Assembly: GCA_040954595.2 (NCBI GenBank)
Contig: CM082587.2
Span: forward strand, 8,809,403-8,873,402
Reading direction: 5' to 3'
Source of the DNA: Balanoglossus misakiensis
Lineage: Eukaryota > Animalia > Hemichordata
DNA: 64,000 nt
In this document: piece after piece, positions 14,123-27,344 of the stretch
Layout: the number at the start of each line of letters is the position of its first letter
Numbering within the stretch: position 1 is the stretch's first letter
Translations under genes and position numbers: made by a program
The notes under the pieces: generated by a model
Told to the model about the DNA's origin: nothing
Databases searched by the model: none
Seen by the model: only the letters and a program-made list of their open reading frames with translations

Positions 14123-16047
14123 TTAAAAGATAGGGGACAGCTGGCTCAGATGCATTGTATAGTTATTATATTCCATACCCTATAAAATTGAGTAAACATG
14201 TGATTCACTGTGTACCGGAACATGTTGTCTGCTCTGAAATCAACCTAGAATGTCAGACCCCTCCCATTTCAAGGAGCCAGTTACAGAGTTAATTTATCTG
14301 AAATGTCCACACGTGGTTTTAAATTTGACAGCCGGAGCCTGTCTGCACCTTATTCGTCTGGACTGCAAAACCTGCCCGACAAAAGTCCGACATTTGGCAA
14401 AACTTTTCCGGTAACTCACAACAAGCTAGGCTGTGTGGTTGTGTATACTTGGTTTCTATATATTGACACGATGCCCGTTGAACTGTGCATTCCGGTCGGG
14501 CATTTCTTTCTATCAAACACAAACAAAAGTGTATGATGGATACGTCAATATTTTTCTGTCAAAAACTATGGCTTACATATAATAAAACAGACTCTCAACC
14601 AATCACAATGTCGGATGTATTTGTTGCCATTACAGCGAAATAATATGATAATGTTTTTTGTTGTATGTAATATGGCAGCAGATTTATGACCTGTCATACT
14701 CTCCCTGTGTTCCAAAAAGTCGGCTACTGACCGAACATGATGCGGTGACGATTCTATCTGCTTCACAATTTCTAAATCTGCACAAAAGTTTAGCTTCATA
14801 TTTATATAGTTTAAAAGGCGGGTCTCGTCCTTAGCTTGCTTGTCAGTGGTTGACGTGTCGACCCCCTCAACGATGATACGAGGAAATTATATGTATGACG
14901 TCATGCCTAACAACATTAAAGATGGCCGTCCACCTGGACTTCATGGATCGGATAATAACAAGTCGGATCGTTCCATCGTCAGTGCTGGTATCCTAGCTGT
15001 GCCGTTGGAAAGCTGAAATTTGGTGTCAGTAAGTTAAAACTATCATTATAGCATGTCCAGCTGGGGTTTCCGTGGCAAAATTTCTCAGCACTACTTGTTC
15101 CCCAAAGTGTGAAAATGTTCATGTCCTGCATGTGTCCAAATTCCTTAGGGCTAATGGTGGACCACTTGATATCGGGGGGGGGGGGGGGGGGGGGGGGTCC
15201 GGAAGATGGATGAGGTACCGTTATTTGTTTTAATGTGATCCACCGACCATTATTTGTTTGTTCACTCTCTGATTTCTGACAACTTTCTTTGCATCTCTCA
15301 TTTGTGGAGGACATTTTTCCAACAACGTCACAAATTTGGTAGAGGAAACAAATGGCCTGACCACATAGTGTAACATTTGTAAACTGATGATTTAGCATAA
15401 TTTCAACATAATTTCAACAAAGAAAAAATTGTTTAATAATAATATCAGAAGGTGTAATCTTTGTCCTTTTAAGATCACGATGTTAAGCATTTCATTTACC
15501 ACCACTTTTAAAAGGACAATCTGTGTAAACTTTGTGTTTGTTTTTTTGTCTTATTCAAACACATTAGAGTGTCATGTCACGGCCTGATAGCGCTAGAATA
15601 TAAGAATAGTTTGTAACTTTTGATGGTTTTTGGCCAAAGAACAATAGCGCCAAAGGGCACTTGGAAAATGTATATGTGTTATATATGCTAGAGTTGATAA
15701 AGCCCTGTCGCATGCGCTGATATTGCCCGTTGGGTTGTTTTGGTGTTCTGCGCATCTTTTCTGCGCATAACAAACTGTCGTGCAATGGCTTCCTCCACGA
15801 TCAGTCAACTTCCGCATCTATGGCTTCAAAGCGACACACAGGCCTAACACATGTTCAACTGGATGATGTTTTACTGCATACAGACAGTAAATACACCAAA
15901 AGCGCAACCTACAGCGTGGTATCGTCACAATTATCTGAGTTCGAAGTAGGTATATATAGCTACAGTTTTTGGGAGATCAATACATTTTAGTTCACTGGAA
16001 CGTACAACTTTCTTCTATGCAGTATGTATGTTCAAATGTTTGGCGGA

Positions 16048-16215
16048 ATAAAATTAATAACACATGATGTTTGGGCAACATCACGATTTGAAGCCTGCAC
16101 GAGGGATGGTGATCTCTGACCACAAAATTGATGACGCCCAAGCCGCAGGTGAGGGTATCATCAATATTATGGTCAGAGAGCACCAGCCCTCACTATCATG
16201 TGTTATTATTTATTT
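16048..16215. repeat. Fold-back (palindromic) element, copy 1
   Basis: gagggatggtgatctctgacca...tggtcagagagcaccagccctc inside aataacacatgat/atcatgtgttatt arms. Confidence 0.7.
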
Positions 16216-16815
16216 ATTACATAATGTATTGTCGATTACTTGCACCGAGCACGCGCGTAACATCGGTATTTGCACTCAGTGCAATACCAAAAACATTATG
16301 CCATACCTGTATGCAAATGAGTTTGTTACCGGAACTGCGTTTGGTTGTAAACAAATCGTCTAACTCACAGATCAGTCAACCCTAACATGATACATTGTAC
16401 GCTTCGGTATTGTCCTTGACGCTGCACGTCTCGAACAATACCTCTGCTGTACAATGTACTCGGACATAAATCTGGGTATTTTGCATGTGAATAAACTTAT
16501 ATAACAGTGCTGAAATATACTCATGTGCTGAAAATTATGTGGGAAAAATGTGTTATAGTTAAAACCCAGGTGACCATATGCTGTCAGGCAAATGGTCACC
16601 TGTCCTATGGTAAAAACTTCATTGCGGAGTTATTCTGTGAAGCTTTATAACTATTGATTTGCCATTTTAACTGACTGACAAACCCTAACCTTAACACTTA
16701 TTGCTAACCGCAGCTAACTGTAACACTAACACTATCACTAAGCTAATACTTACCCTAATTCAAAGATGCAAGGGTGCAAATCCTCAATACAGTTTTTACT
16801 ATCTACTGTTTAAAG

Positions 16816-16990
16816 AATAACATAGGGAAGGCAACATCACGATTTGAAGCCTACAAGGGATGGTGATCTCTGACCATAATATTGATGATGCCCGACCCGC
16901 ATCAATATTATGATCAGAGAGCACCAGCCCGAGGTCAGGTTTCAAATCATGATGCAACCTTCAGGAGCATCATGTGTTATTAATTTTATT
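16816..16990. repeat. Fold-back element, copy 2 (same family as 16048)
   Basis: catcacgatttgaagcct...gatctctgaccataatattgatg...catcaatattatgatcagaga...aggtttcaaatcatgatg. Confidence 0.7.
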
Positions 16991-17140
16991 AGGCTGAACA
17001 TTGGAACATACATACCGGTACAGCATAGAAGAAAGTACGTTGTACGTTGTAGTGAACTTAAATGTCTCGATTTCCCAAACAGTTGCTGTAATACTACTTC
17101 GAACTCAGATAATTTTGCGGATACTGCGCTACGTTGCTTG

Positions 17141-18260
17141 CATTTTGCTCAGTTGAACAATGGAAACTTTTTTCTGGACATAATTACATTTTTGTGTGTT
17201 GATGTATGTACCTAGATTGTGTGAGTGAGGATGGGTTCAAGACTCACCTAGGGTATTGAAATATCCTTTTTAGGATGTGGATTTAGCCTGGTAGTCTTGT
17301 GCACACCCTTGCTCAGTATGCAAACTGGTACAGTATGTCTTAAAGGGACATTAAGTCTCTCTCTCGTTGCCCCTTTTTCCATTATTTATGTTTGATTCAA
17401 GACACCATTTATGTTATTCTACATGTGGACCGACATATAGTGAACCAACGTTTGACCATACACAACTTTCATCTTGTTTGTAGGATATGAGAGTAAAAAT
17501 CTCGCTAAAATGAATAAATGGTGAAGACCGATTATTTGTTTTGATGATTTTTTCACTCTCGTGTCTACAAATGGGAATGGAAGTTGTGTGTGGTCAGACA
17601 TTGATTCACTATATATCCACACGTGGAATAACATAAGCTGTGACTTGTATCAAACTTAAATTGCCCCTAAATTAGAAGTTGTTTTTATGTCCTGAGCTGG
17701 TAATACTACTGTCGGACAGCACTATCCCTTAGACTATCTTTTTTCCAGTTGAACAACGGAAACATTGTTCTGAACATATTAATGCATCTTTTTTTAATAT
17801 TTTGTGTGTGTTTTGATGTTCTTTGTGAAATGTGAGTAAGGATGGGCTCAAGACTCACCCATGGTATTGAAATGTCCTTTATTGAGGATGTGGATTTAAC
17901 CTAGTGGTCTTGTACACAGAGTTGCTTGCTATGAGAATTTGTAAGGAAGGTTTTGGTTTAAATCACCTAAAATACAAGTTGTTTTTATGTCCTGAGTACA
18001 TTTTGCTCAGTTGAACATTGGAAACTTTTTTTCTGGACATATTTATATTTTTGTGTGTTAATGTACCTAGATTGTGTGAGTGAGGATGGGTTCAAGACTC
18101 ACCTAGTGTAGTGAAATATCCTTTTTAGGATGTGGAATTAGCCTAATGGTCTTGTGCACACCCTTGCTCGATATGGGATGGTAATAGTACTGTCAGATAG
18201 CAATGTTCCTTAATAGACTACCTTTTGTTTACTAAAACAATGCAAACATTGTTCAGAACA
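17141..18260 (+). repeat. Degenerate tandem array of three units (~17141, ~17745, ~18000), interrupted by the AGGGACA-type repeat
   Basis: Recurrent cagttgaaca..ggaaac...gtgagt.aggatgggYtcaagactcacc...ggatgtgga.tta.cct. Confidence 0.7.
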
Positions 18261-18787
18261 TACTCATCCTATCATAGCCCCATGCTTGTTTATAAGCCCC
18301 TTCCCCAAGTTTTGGGAAATTTTGAAAATAATTTACATATAAGCCCATACCATTTTGCTGCAGAGCAAGGACTTCAAAATACAATCATATGACCAGAATG
18401 ACATGCAGGTAATCTTTGCAAAAACCCAGTGAGAGTGTTTTTTTCTGTGCGTGAAGTGCTACTCAGTTTTACATTGTCTCTGGATCATGTAGGGTGACAC
18501 CATTTTTTCAGAGGAGTGCCCAATGTGTTGTGTAGAGAATGTGGAGAGTGACGATTTAGTCTTTTATCCGAGAGACCAGAAAAGGTAAATCACTTGAAAC
18601 CTCAGCTGGGGACTATGCCCAGAGACCCACCCATTCAACACTTTCTGCATAGTTTCAAATTCTGCTTTGTTAGTAATTTCGCCTTTTCATGTAGCTGGCT
18701 TGTCTCAGTCTGTAAGATGAAACCAATATTTTGAGAGGGGGTCTGTGGTGAAACAAACACCTTTTGTTAACATTGATCATCAAATTA

Positions 18788-18992
18788 CTAAAACACTTAA
18801 TTTTCGCGAGTCAAAATTTTCGCGATATCGAGAGAGGCCACTGTTTCGCGAGTATTAATTTTCGCGTTCTCTTATTTCATTCACTGCATCGTTACCTTCA
18901 AAAAAATTTACGCGACTTTTTATTTTCATGCTATTTTGGCTCTCGCGTATTTGGCGAAAATTAATTGCTCGCGAAAATAAAGTGTTTTATAG
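18788..18992. mobile_element. TA-flanked MITE (Tc1/mariner-type)
   Basis: TA|ctaaaacacttaattttcgcgag ... ctcgcgaaaataaagtgttttatag|TA, with internal ttttcgcg repeats. Confidence 0.75.
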
Positions 18993-19125
18993 TAGTTTCT
19001 GGCAAAGGAAAAAAATACACTACTGACTTGGCTGTGCATTAAGTAATTTGCATAAATTAGCATATATAAAAAATAAGCCCAAGCGTATAGAGACAACATT
19101 CCATTATAAGCCCATACCCATCACA

Positions 19126-19950
19126 TTTTTAGGTCCCTTTGGTACGTATATTTACCATGGGACCAAATGGAATCAGTTGCGTCTGTATGTACCCGCTACC
19201 AGTACATGTATGTATGTCCGTCCACATCAAAAACTTGAAATCGCTATGCGTATCACCTTGATATTTGATGTGTAGATGCATGCTGGGCTGTAGATGGGAG
19301 TTTTTGTTCAAATGAAGGTGTCATTGCAAAATTAGCTGGGAAAATGTGAAATTGGTCAAAACTCTGAAACCCGACAACTACTAAGGAAATTGCTTTGAAA
19401 AATTGGTATACATGTACAATATGTAAACCTCACACAGTCCTGAAAGTTATAAGTTAATATTATGAATTTTCTATTTTTTATGAATTTTTTAGTCTTTTTC
19501 CATATTATAGGTGATTTTTCTTCTTCTGAAAGTCATGGGTCGATTGCTCTAAAATTTAGTATGAAGCTTCCTTTAGGTCATTCAAATCATTTTTTTCAAT
19601 TTCTGGCATAATTTGCATATTTGTAATTTTGGGGCAATTTTTGCTGAAACCTCTTGTCAGATTCCTTAGAAATTTGGCAGGCATGTCCCGAGGGATAACC
19701 AAAGTATGTTGTTGTAAAACTTTGGTGAAATTTCCATATTTGTGTTCTTGGGGCAATTTTTGCACTTTTTCGCCAAAGATTGCTTTGAATTTGGTATTTT
19801 TGTATGGCTTCACTTGCGTGTTGATGTTGCCATGGTGACCGTTACTGGGCTGTCTTGTATGATTGATAAGCTAAGGATGGAGGGGTTTCCCCATCTTGCC
19901 CTCGGTGAGTTCTACACCAATCAGAAGTACGTTCTGGGTACATGTTTAGC
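19126..19950 (+). mobile_element. Helentron-associated non-autonomous element (HINE/DINE-like), 5' part
   Basis: T-run, then a ggtccc...gggacc inverted repeat, a (TGTA) microsatellite and the gtccgtccacatcaaaaacttgaaa block shared with 32957 and 48114. The 3' end was not located. Confidence 0.65.
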
Positions 19951-20110
19951 CTGCTACCATGTTTTTTAGGAGTGAATTACCGGCGAGTTCCGACCGCTGT
20001 GTTTACAGACACTGATGTTTGTAAGGCTGGCACGGGTCCGTCTGCGCTACTGGTTCTCAGAGTTGGACCGTTCTGGCTTCTGTCACAATATTCCTTATGG
20101 TGATTGTTTA

Positions 20111-20515
20111 GAGGTTATAAACGGTGCGCTCGGGACTTTGGTACGAATATAAGACCTTTCAGGTGAAAATTATCATATTTGGCTAATATGCTAATTTTCA
20201 CCTGAGAGGTCTTATATCCGTACCAAAGTCCCGAGCGCACCGTTTATAATCTCATTATATATTGTATGATTTTGTGTGATAAAGATAAACAATTTCATTA
20301 TTTCAAATCCGTTGTTTGCTTTGGATTAAATCATGCCAGTTCCAGGGCCTCATCGCTCACTCTTCCAGAACGTGCCAGCTGAGCTCGTGCAAACATGTTC
20401 TAGAATTTCTAAATGTCACGTGACTATTCACTGTTCAGGGTCGGGTCTTCTTGTCGAGAATATGAACCCGGCTCCAGCCAATCAGCGAGCTGGATTCACA
20501 CCAAGCATATTATAA
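20111..20515. mobile_element. Element with a ~140-bp terminal palindrome (20111-20253) and TTATAA-bounded ends
   Basis: ttataaacggtgcgctcgggactttggtacg...cgtaccaaagtcccgagcgcaccgtttataa is a near-perfect inverted repeat. The body ends ccaatcag...tattataa. Confidence 0.7.
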
Positions 20516-22024
20516 AGTAAGATATTGCACAATTCTGGTGATATCAGTATATTTGAACAAATATTGTTTTCTCTGAAACTGCATGTGTATGTCGAATTTC
20601 TAGTAAATTTTGAAATGCACGGCCAGTTGGCCAGCCTTTGATGGGCAAGCCACTACACTAGCGGTTCTAAAAGAAACTTTCATAACAACATGTACACTTG
20701 ACGTGTTCAAGTCAAGGCAGACCTAAAATGTATCAATTTGATATTATATGGTGTGATGTGTTAAACATGGATGATTGTAATCTAACCTATATGATCATGT
20801 ATTCAATGGATGCACTGATCTGGATTTGAGGATTTCTTTGATTACTGGACATGTTCTGATTGTGATTGTGATATTGCCACACTCAGTCAAGTTGATACAT
20901 CTGCAGGCATAGTAACAGGCTAGTCGTTCATGAATCAATCTCATGAATATTTCAAGTAAAAAGAATATTGGTTTTGCCCGAGACATGATTACCGTACTCC
21001 TGATGGACTCTTGTGGAAGGCCTGGGATTGTTTTCTTTGGTGATGGAGTACACATTTTGTGAATGTTACAGTTTCATTTGGTTTTAAGGAATTTATCTTC
21101 TGATGAGATTTGTTCAGCAGAATGCATAACGTTGTTTTCTTTTTTTATATTTCAGGTATTTGAAGATTAGTTTCAGTAGTAAGGATTTGTTACAAGATGT
21201 TCAGCAACCAAAATGATCCATTACCAGGAAGTAATCGCCAAACAGTGCACCCATAATAGTTTCAAGCCAAATTTATACATCTACAATTCTATTCAGAAAA
21301 TTGCTATCAGCCTTGATGATCCACAGTTTATTGACACTCAGCTGTGCCAACAGAACCTTATCTGTGAGATGCATGTTAAAATATTCACGTATTATTTATT
21401 GTAGGACACTAACTCATGATGATCCATACATTAAAATGTCCAGGACTCTAAATATGATTCAGATGGAGCATTGATACCAGACAACATAGTGGTGCCCAAA
21501 ACAGCCTGAACAGGTAATATTATATTTTCTAACAGCAAAAAAATTTTTGACATCTGATCACATCGTCTCTGTGGTCATAAAAAGCCTGTGTGAAACCATG
21601 TAAAGACCGAGGACTCCAAGAATCGCTGACCAGACTTGCCCTTATACCTTTTAATATTCAACCAAGGCAAACTAAAGGAAGCCTGTATTTTTTATTTCCA
21701 CGCTAAGGACACCATCAGTGGGAATTCTTACTCCCTGAAAAACTAGAAATTAACACTGAGAATGTGTAGATTGTTTCTAGCTTAAGACCTTAGTGCATTA
21801 ACCCTGATGCATACTTGTAATTGAGTCGCAGAACAAGTTTTTTGAATTCGCTGTGTTTGAATGTTCCATGATAACAGTGGTTATATTCGCATAGGTGACG
21901 TACTGTACGGTATACCTTTAGTGCCCTGTACTGTACATAACCACAGTGATTCCATTGCCTGAAATATCTATAGTTACACACAGTGAGGTAGCATCAGCCA
22001 TTGAAACAAATCCTTCTTTTTCAG

Positions 22025-22225
22025 CCCCTGGAAGAACTAGGTTTTGCAGGACCAACCCTTGTTCAAGCCTATGCATGGCCTGCTAGTGTATTAAGAGGCC
22101 GAGACTTTGTTGGTATCTCGTCTCGATCGTCCAGAGGCACCGGTAAAACACTGGCTTATTTGCTGCCAATAATGACGCAACTGTTGCAGGCCTATACATA
22201 TGCCTCCCTGCTACCTGGTGAAGGG
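22025..22225 (+). pseudogene. Orphan DEAD-box helicase exon (Q motif + Walker A), TDRD12-like
   Basis: tttttcag|...|gtaagc, 201 nt, phase 0/0. It reads LEELGFAGPTLVQAYAWPASVLRGRDFVGIS...GTGKTLAYLLPIMTQLLQ...YASLLPGEG. The GP..Q.Y.WP..RG.D and Y.SL...G pattern resembles TDRD12 from memory. No flanking helicase exons were found. Confidence 0.65.
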
Positions 22226-22310
22226 GTAAGCACTCTTTTTTATTCAAGTGTATAATGTTGTTAGACTACAGATTACAGTGAGTGCAGATTGAAGATAAGA
22301 GATGACTTAA

Positions 22311-23103
22311 GATGGGTCCCCCGGATCTTTTTGCTTGTTGCTATGGGCCTTTGCAGGACATTACACCCCGATTTGGACTAAGTCGTTTTCAGAGTCTAAC
22401 AAGGGGCTGGTAACTAGTTGAAAATCTGCACGATTGTGAGCGCGCGCCCCCTGACGCCATTGATATGCAAATTAGTTAGGTCAAATTTCAAAAGCCTAAG
22501 GCTTTTTATTCCGTGACCTCAAAAACGAACTTGATACGTATTCATTAGTTGCTTGAACCAGGGAAGATCGTGACGGATTTTGTTTTCGAATATTATCGTT
22601 GTATCCTACGATTTCAGCATACCAGTACCACACCTGAAAAAGTCATCAATTTTTGGTGTTTTTGGACGCACTCTTCCACCGGTATCGCTTCTTAGCACGA
22701 CGAAAACCGAAAAAACGATCCGTCACACTGTGCGGAAGTGCGTTCTCAACAAGCATGTCAAATTTGACTGGCGTACGTGACCTATGAAAAAAGCCTTAGG
22801 GATTTTCGTGAACGGTACAAAATCTCTGTGTACAAAACATTGGATTTTTAGCGTTCGATCCAGTTACTGTGGTTACAGGACGCGCACGCTATCGCTGACC
22901 GCTGCTTTGCCGTATTAGCGTGGCGGCCTATGGCCGGGCGGTAGCTGCCGTAAACATACTCGGACAGGGTGTGTGCACACAATCGTGCGTATTTTTAACT
23001 AGTTACAAGCCCCGTTGGACGTTCATAACGGTTTCGATCAAAATTGAGTGTAGTGTCCTATAAAGGCCCATAGCAACGAGCAAAAAGATACGGGGGACCC
23101 ATC
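22311..23103. mobile_element. Complete non-autonomous DNA transposon with ~135-bp imperfect TIRs and TTAA TSD (Kolobok-like)
   Basis: TTAA|gatgggtcccccggatctttttgcttgttgctatgggccttt ... aaaggcccatagcaacgagcaaaaagatacgggggacccatc|TTAA. Confidence 0.9.
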
Positions 23104-23871
23104 TTAAATGTATCTTCCTATACGAAATGTCTGCATCGGTTATATAGGTACCCACAAAGTTATGTTATGGAATATTGCCGCTGATTGTGCATTTCACTTA
23201 TTATTGAACACAATTATATGCTCAAAAGTCTTGATTTAGCCAATTTATATCTATATCAGGAATTGTTTATAAATATTTAAGTATCAACAATTTCTTTATA
23301 AACAATCCTGAAAAAATTAAATTATATACAAATAAATTGAATGTAAATTCTATATACACTGTACTTATATATAATCCTATAATATTTTTCTTTGTTTGTC
23401 GTCATTGTATACGAGTGGTTTTCGCAGAGCCGTGCGACTTCGAGCCGTAGGTGAGAAGTTGTATGACATCATATATCTTGGTCCAAAGTTAATAAAAAAG
23501 ATAGGAAAAATAGTAGAAAAATCTTCTTCTCAAAATTGGCCCGGCCACCATGCCAAGTTTCAGAAGCGCAGCTGCAGCAGTTTCTGAGATCTAGGTGAAC
23601 AAAAAAACGACTCAAGAAGAAAGAAGAATTAAAGCTGCAAGCAGCATCGAAGGGACCCAAGCAAATAGAGATAATCATGACAAATCCATTGCATCAAATG
23701 TGAATGCTGTTGTAGTAATTTGTGGGTCTTCTGGTCGTTCTAAAAAGTTTCGCTTTAACAAACATTACAGCGCTTAAAAGAATACATTTTATCAGATTCG
23801 AGGTATAAATTGGACAAACCCGGAGAAGAAGCCAGAGTGCTGCCCTGGGTAAAATCGTAACAGCAACAGAG

Positions 23872-24065
23872 GTGAAACCACTGGATCTGGTGTATCTGGC
23901 AGACGTCCTCCTACAGGCAACTGGTCTGGAGAGCGACCTACAAGAGTTTCTGGCCACCGGTCACACCTTGATGAAATGGTTCCATGTTGTTGGTCTGGAT
24001 GAATCCACACCTGAAGAATTACGTCTCTCAATCTCAATTTTTTTGTGCAATATGTGTCACAGTCA
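23872..24065 (+). pseudogene. Decayed coding segment containing the C-terminal half of a PHD-like finger
   Basis: KWFHVVGLDESTPEEL...FLCNMC matches the W-F-H..VGL....C..C PHD pattern. The N-terminal cysteines are missing. Confidence 0.4.
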
Positions 24066-25251
24066 AGATGGCTTCGACTGGCCCACCTCGACAGTACAGT
24101 GGTCCCTGGACTCCAACAATTCATCCAACTCAAGAATTATCAATAGATTTTTAGTCAATAATTTACTGAGTGGTTATGTCTCACTGTGCGAAACATCAGC
24201 AACTTGTATGTTGAACCGGAAAGTGATGGCACAAACTTGTGGTGCACATTGAAATGAACCAGCCCAGTTAGGAGGCCATTTTCTGGCCTTTTTCCATTAC
24301 CATACCTGCTGTCAAATGTTTATTTCCCTATGGACTGAAGTGCTCTTTACTTCACTGGCAATGTGAGTAAATTTTAACACAGTGAATGCTCCATTTGAAG
24401 GGCATATTCCGAAGTATTGTACAACAAAGATGAAGAGATACAACAAAATGTGGACCTTAGTGATGACATTAATGGAGATTTACATTTGGCAATTGCATGT
24501 TCTTGTTTAAAACAATACCTAGTAGCTGTAATTCAGGAAAATTTACTCTTTGTGTGGATTGACTAGTGAATTGCATGTGTTCAAAGATTATGTCTGTCTA
24601 CATTGTGCCATATATGGCTACATTAGCCATACTACAATATCTGTATCATGTATTTATCCTAGCTTCCACAAGCTGACACCCTTATGTTTGCACAGTGAAA
24701 TCAGCCCAAGAATACATACAGTTCAGGGGCCGCGCTAGGATTTCAAAGTTGTCCGCCAGACAGTTAAACTGTGTCAAAGGGAGTGTCAATATTGCAAGGA
24801 ACAAATAACTTGTTCCTGAGCGAACGTCAATTCATAAGCCTGGACAAGGCAAAAAGAATCCTCTCAGTGATGAAGAAGTTTTCCATGCTTTGATTCAAGT
24901 TATTAATCCTGATAACCTGTCATCCATTCAATGTGTCCGAGCGTTGTGGAGAATTTACATAAATTTTATTGACGCGAAGCATGATTTGCTGATGTTACAA
25001 CCTGGTACTTTCAGGTACCTGAAAAACCCACCAAAGGTCCCAATCCCACGATTCGATCTGATGATAGCAGGATTTACAGTCCGAATGTTCTACTTCAGAC
25101 AAATGACACTTGAAGCTGACAGCAACGTTACACATCTGTCAGAAATGTAGACCAAACAAATTCAGAACCTTGACACAAGAATAGATGTGTGCATTGTGCA
25201 GTCTATGTTAATTTTCATTAATGTCCTCTATCAATATGTTTTGTCTTGCAG

Positions 25252-26248
25252 AATCAATGATATGTACATCAAGAAATTACTGAAATACCACCGGAAATCG
25301 ACATGGATGAATGTCTGAAAAAAGAGATATTCCGATTTTTGTTATGGAGCAGCTCTATAAAGGCACTACCATCTGATCAATTTGATCCAGCCAAGCCATT
25401 TAGAGTGAGATTCACTGGTGAATCAGCAGTAGATGAAGGAGGACCCATGTGTGAATGTCTAAACCTGTTGATGCAAAGTGTGGTAACCAGTGGAGTATTC
25501 GAAGGGAACCCCACTCACCTGACCCTGGCATTTGATTTTGGTATGCTGTCTTCCAGGAAGTATCACTTGATTGGGAGGTTAATAGCTATATGCATTATGC
25601 ATGGTGGGCCCAGCGCCAAACTTCCTTGCAAAATCAGTATACAACTTCATTGCAAGACGTCAGATGCCAACAGATACTGCCCTGCTGGAAGAATTGTATG
25701 ATTTTGATTCAAAACAAGTTGCATACTAGGTACAAATATTTAATCTGCAAGGACTATTATTGACAAAGGCTGCTTAAAAAAAGTTATCTACTCGTATGAA
25801 AAATTTAAAGGAAACTTGGGAAAACTGAAAAGATTCACACATGTTTACTATTGTTCTATGTTCCATCTTAGCTTGTTTAGATAAATGTATGCTAGAGATT
25901 TATTTGACCATGCAGTCAGACAGTGTGAACTTGATTTGCTTTTTGACAATTGATATTATAGCTCAAATTTTTCTGAAGGTGAACTTTGTGCTGCCATGCC
26001 AGTGTCACTGACAATTTGTTCATGATTATTTTTTAGTTGCAGATATTAGAATGTCGCAGTCCAACTGAACTGGTTACTTATTGCAAACGAGAAGGTGCAA
26101 AGGCAATCCTCAGACAATGTTTGAACAGAGTTGATGGTCCAAGCAATAATGCAGCAGTTCCTGATAAGTGACAGAATATCAGCCATATATCAGTCTGAAG
26201 AGGGACTGGAAGTTCTTGGTGTTTTAAAGTTGAAAAAGACTGTACCAG
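25252..26248 (+). pseudogene. G2E3-like HECT E3 ubiquitin ligase pseudogene (exons ~25252-25729 and 26043-26248)
   Basis: VRFTGESAVDEGGP..ECL.LLM...SGVFEG...YHLIGRLIAICIMHGGP, then a frameshift. The second exon reads AIYQSEEGLEVLGVL. Splice signals are present, and part of exon 2 is duplicated at ~26685-26804. Confidence 0.75.
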
Positions 26249-27344
26249 GTTAGTTAAAGGAACAAATTTTCTTACGTTCTACGCACATTCAGAGTGTAAG
26301 AACACTAGCTGAGTGTGGGATAGATTTGTTCTCACACTCTGTATTGAGTGTTGATTGGTCAATTTGGACACGCTTCTAATCTATATGTGTAAAATTTGAC
26401 GAATAGAATGTCGCGTAATATACAACCGGAATTACAGCAGTCAGTCGACTGTATCACAAAGTGATGAGGTTTTTGGATTTCCAGGTTCCGAGTATGGACA
26501 GCGTCGGCGACAAATACTTGAAGAATAACCGCATATTTGTTGAAACGGACAAATTTAGACCTTTAGGAACATATCGGCTGTTTACGCTCGTCGATAATAT
26601 TTCCGGTGAAGAACTGACACTATTGTCAATTCAGATAACTGATTTACTGATTCTGATATCATTGATCAGACAATATTTGAACAGAGAACAGAGTTGATGG
26701 TCCAATCAATAATGCAACAGTTCCTGATAAGTGACAGAATATCAGCCATACCGGGGGTATATCAGTTTGAAGAGGGACTGGAAGTTCTGATAAAGACCGA
26801 ACCAGGTTAGTTAATGGAACAGATTCTCTCGCTGCCCCTTTTCCATTGATTATGTTTGATACAATACACCGTTTATGTTAATGAACATGTGGATACTCTC
26901 CAAAATGAATAATCGGTGTTTACCATTTATACATTTTGGCGAGATTTTTACTCTCATCCTTCAAACGGGATTGAAGTTGTATGTGGTCAAACCCAATCTG
27001 ACTAAAATCAGATGTAGGGAACGGCGACGTCTTTTACTTAAATACGCAGTACGGTTTTCTGATGCTGTCGCCTCACACTACATCTGACCAACTCCCATTG
27101 AAGCTCCTGTTGAAATCTTTACTGGGCCAGTAAACCAATCAGAGGGCGCCTTATAGCGAAAATAGGTATCCCAATTATCACATGACCTGGCCCATTGCGA
27201 CTGTCACCATGGAGCTACCACAGACGTATATTATTTCCTAGGCGAATCAATTAGCATAATCAATATGGCCGCCAACTTATTGCATTTTGGCTGAGAAAGA
27301 AGACTCAAACAAATTTTATACACCCTGTAGCTTTGTTTTTATGA

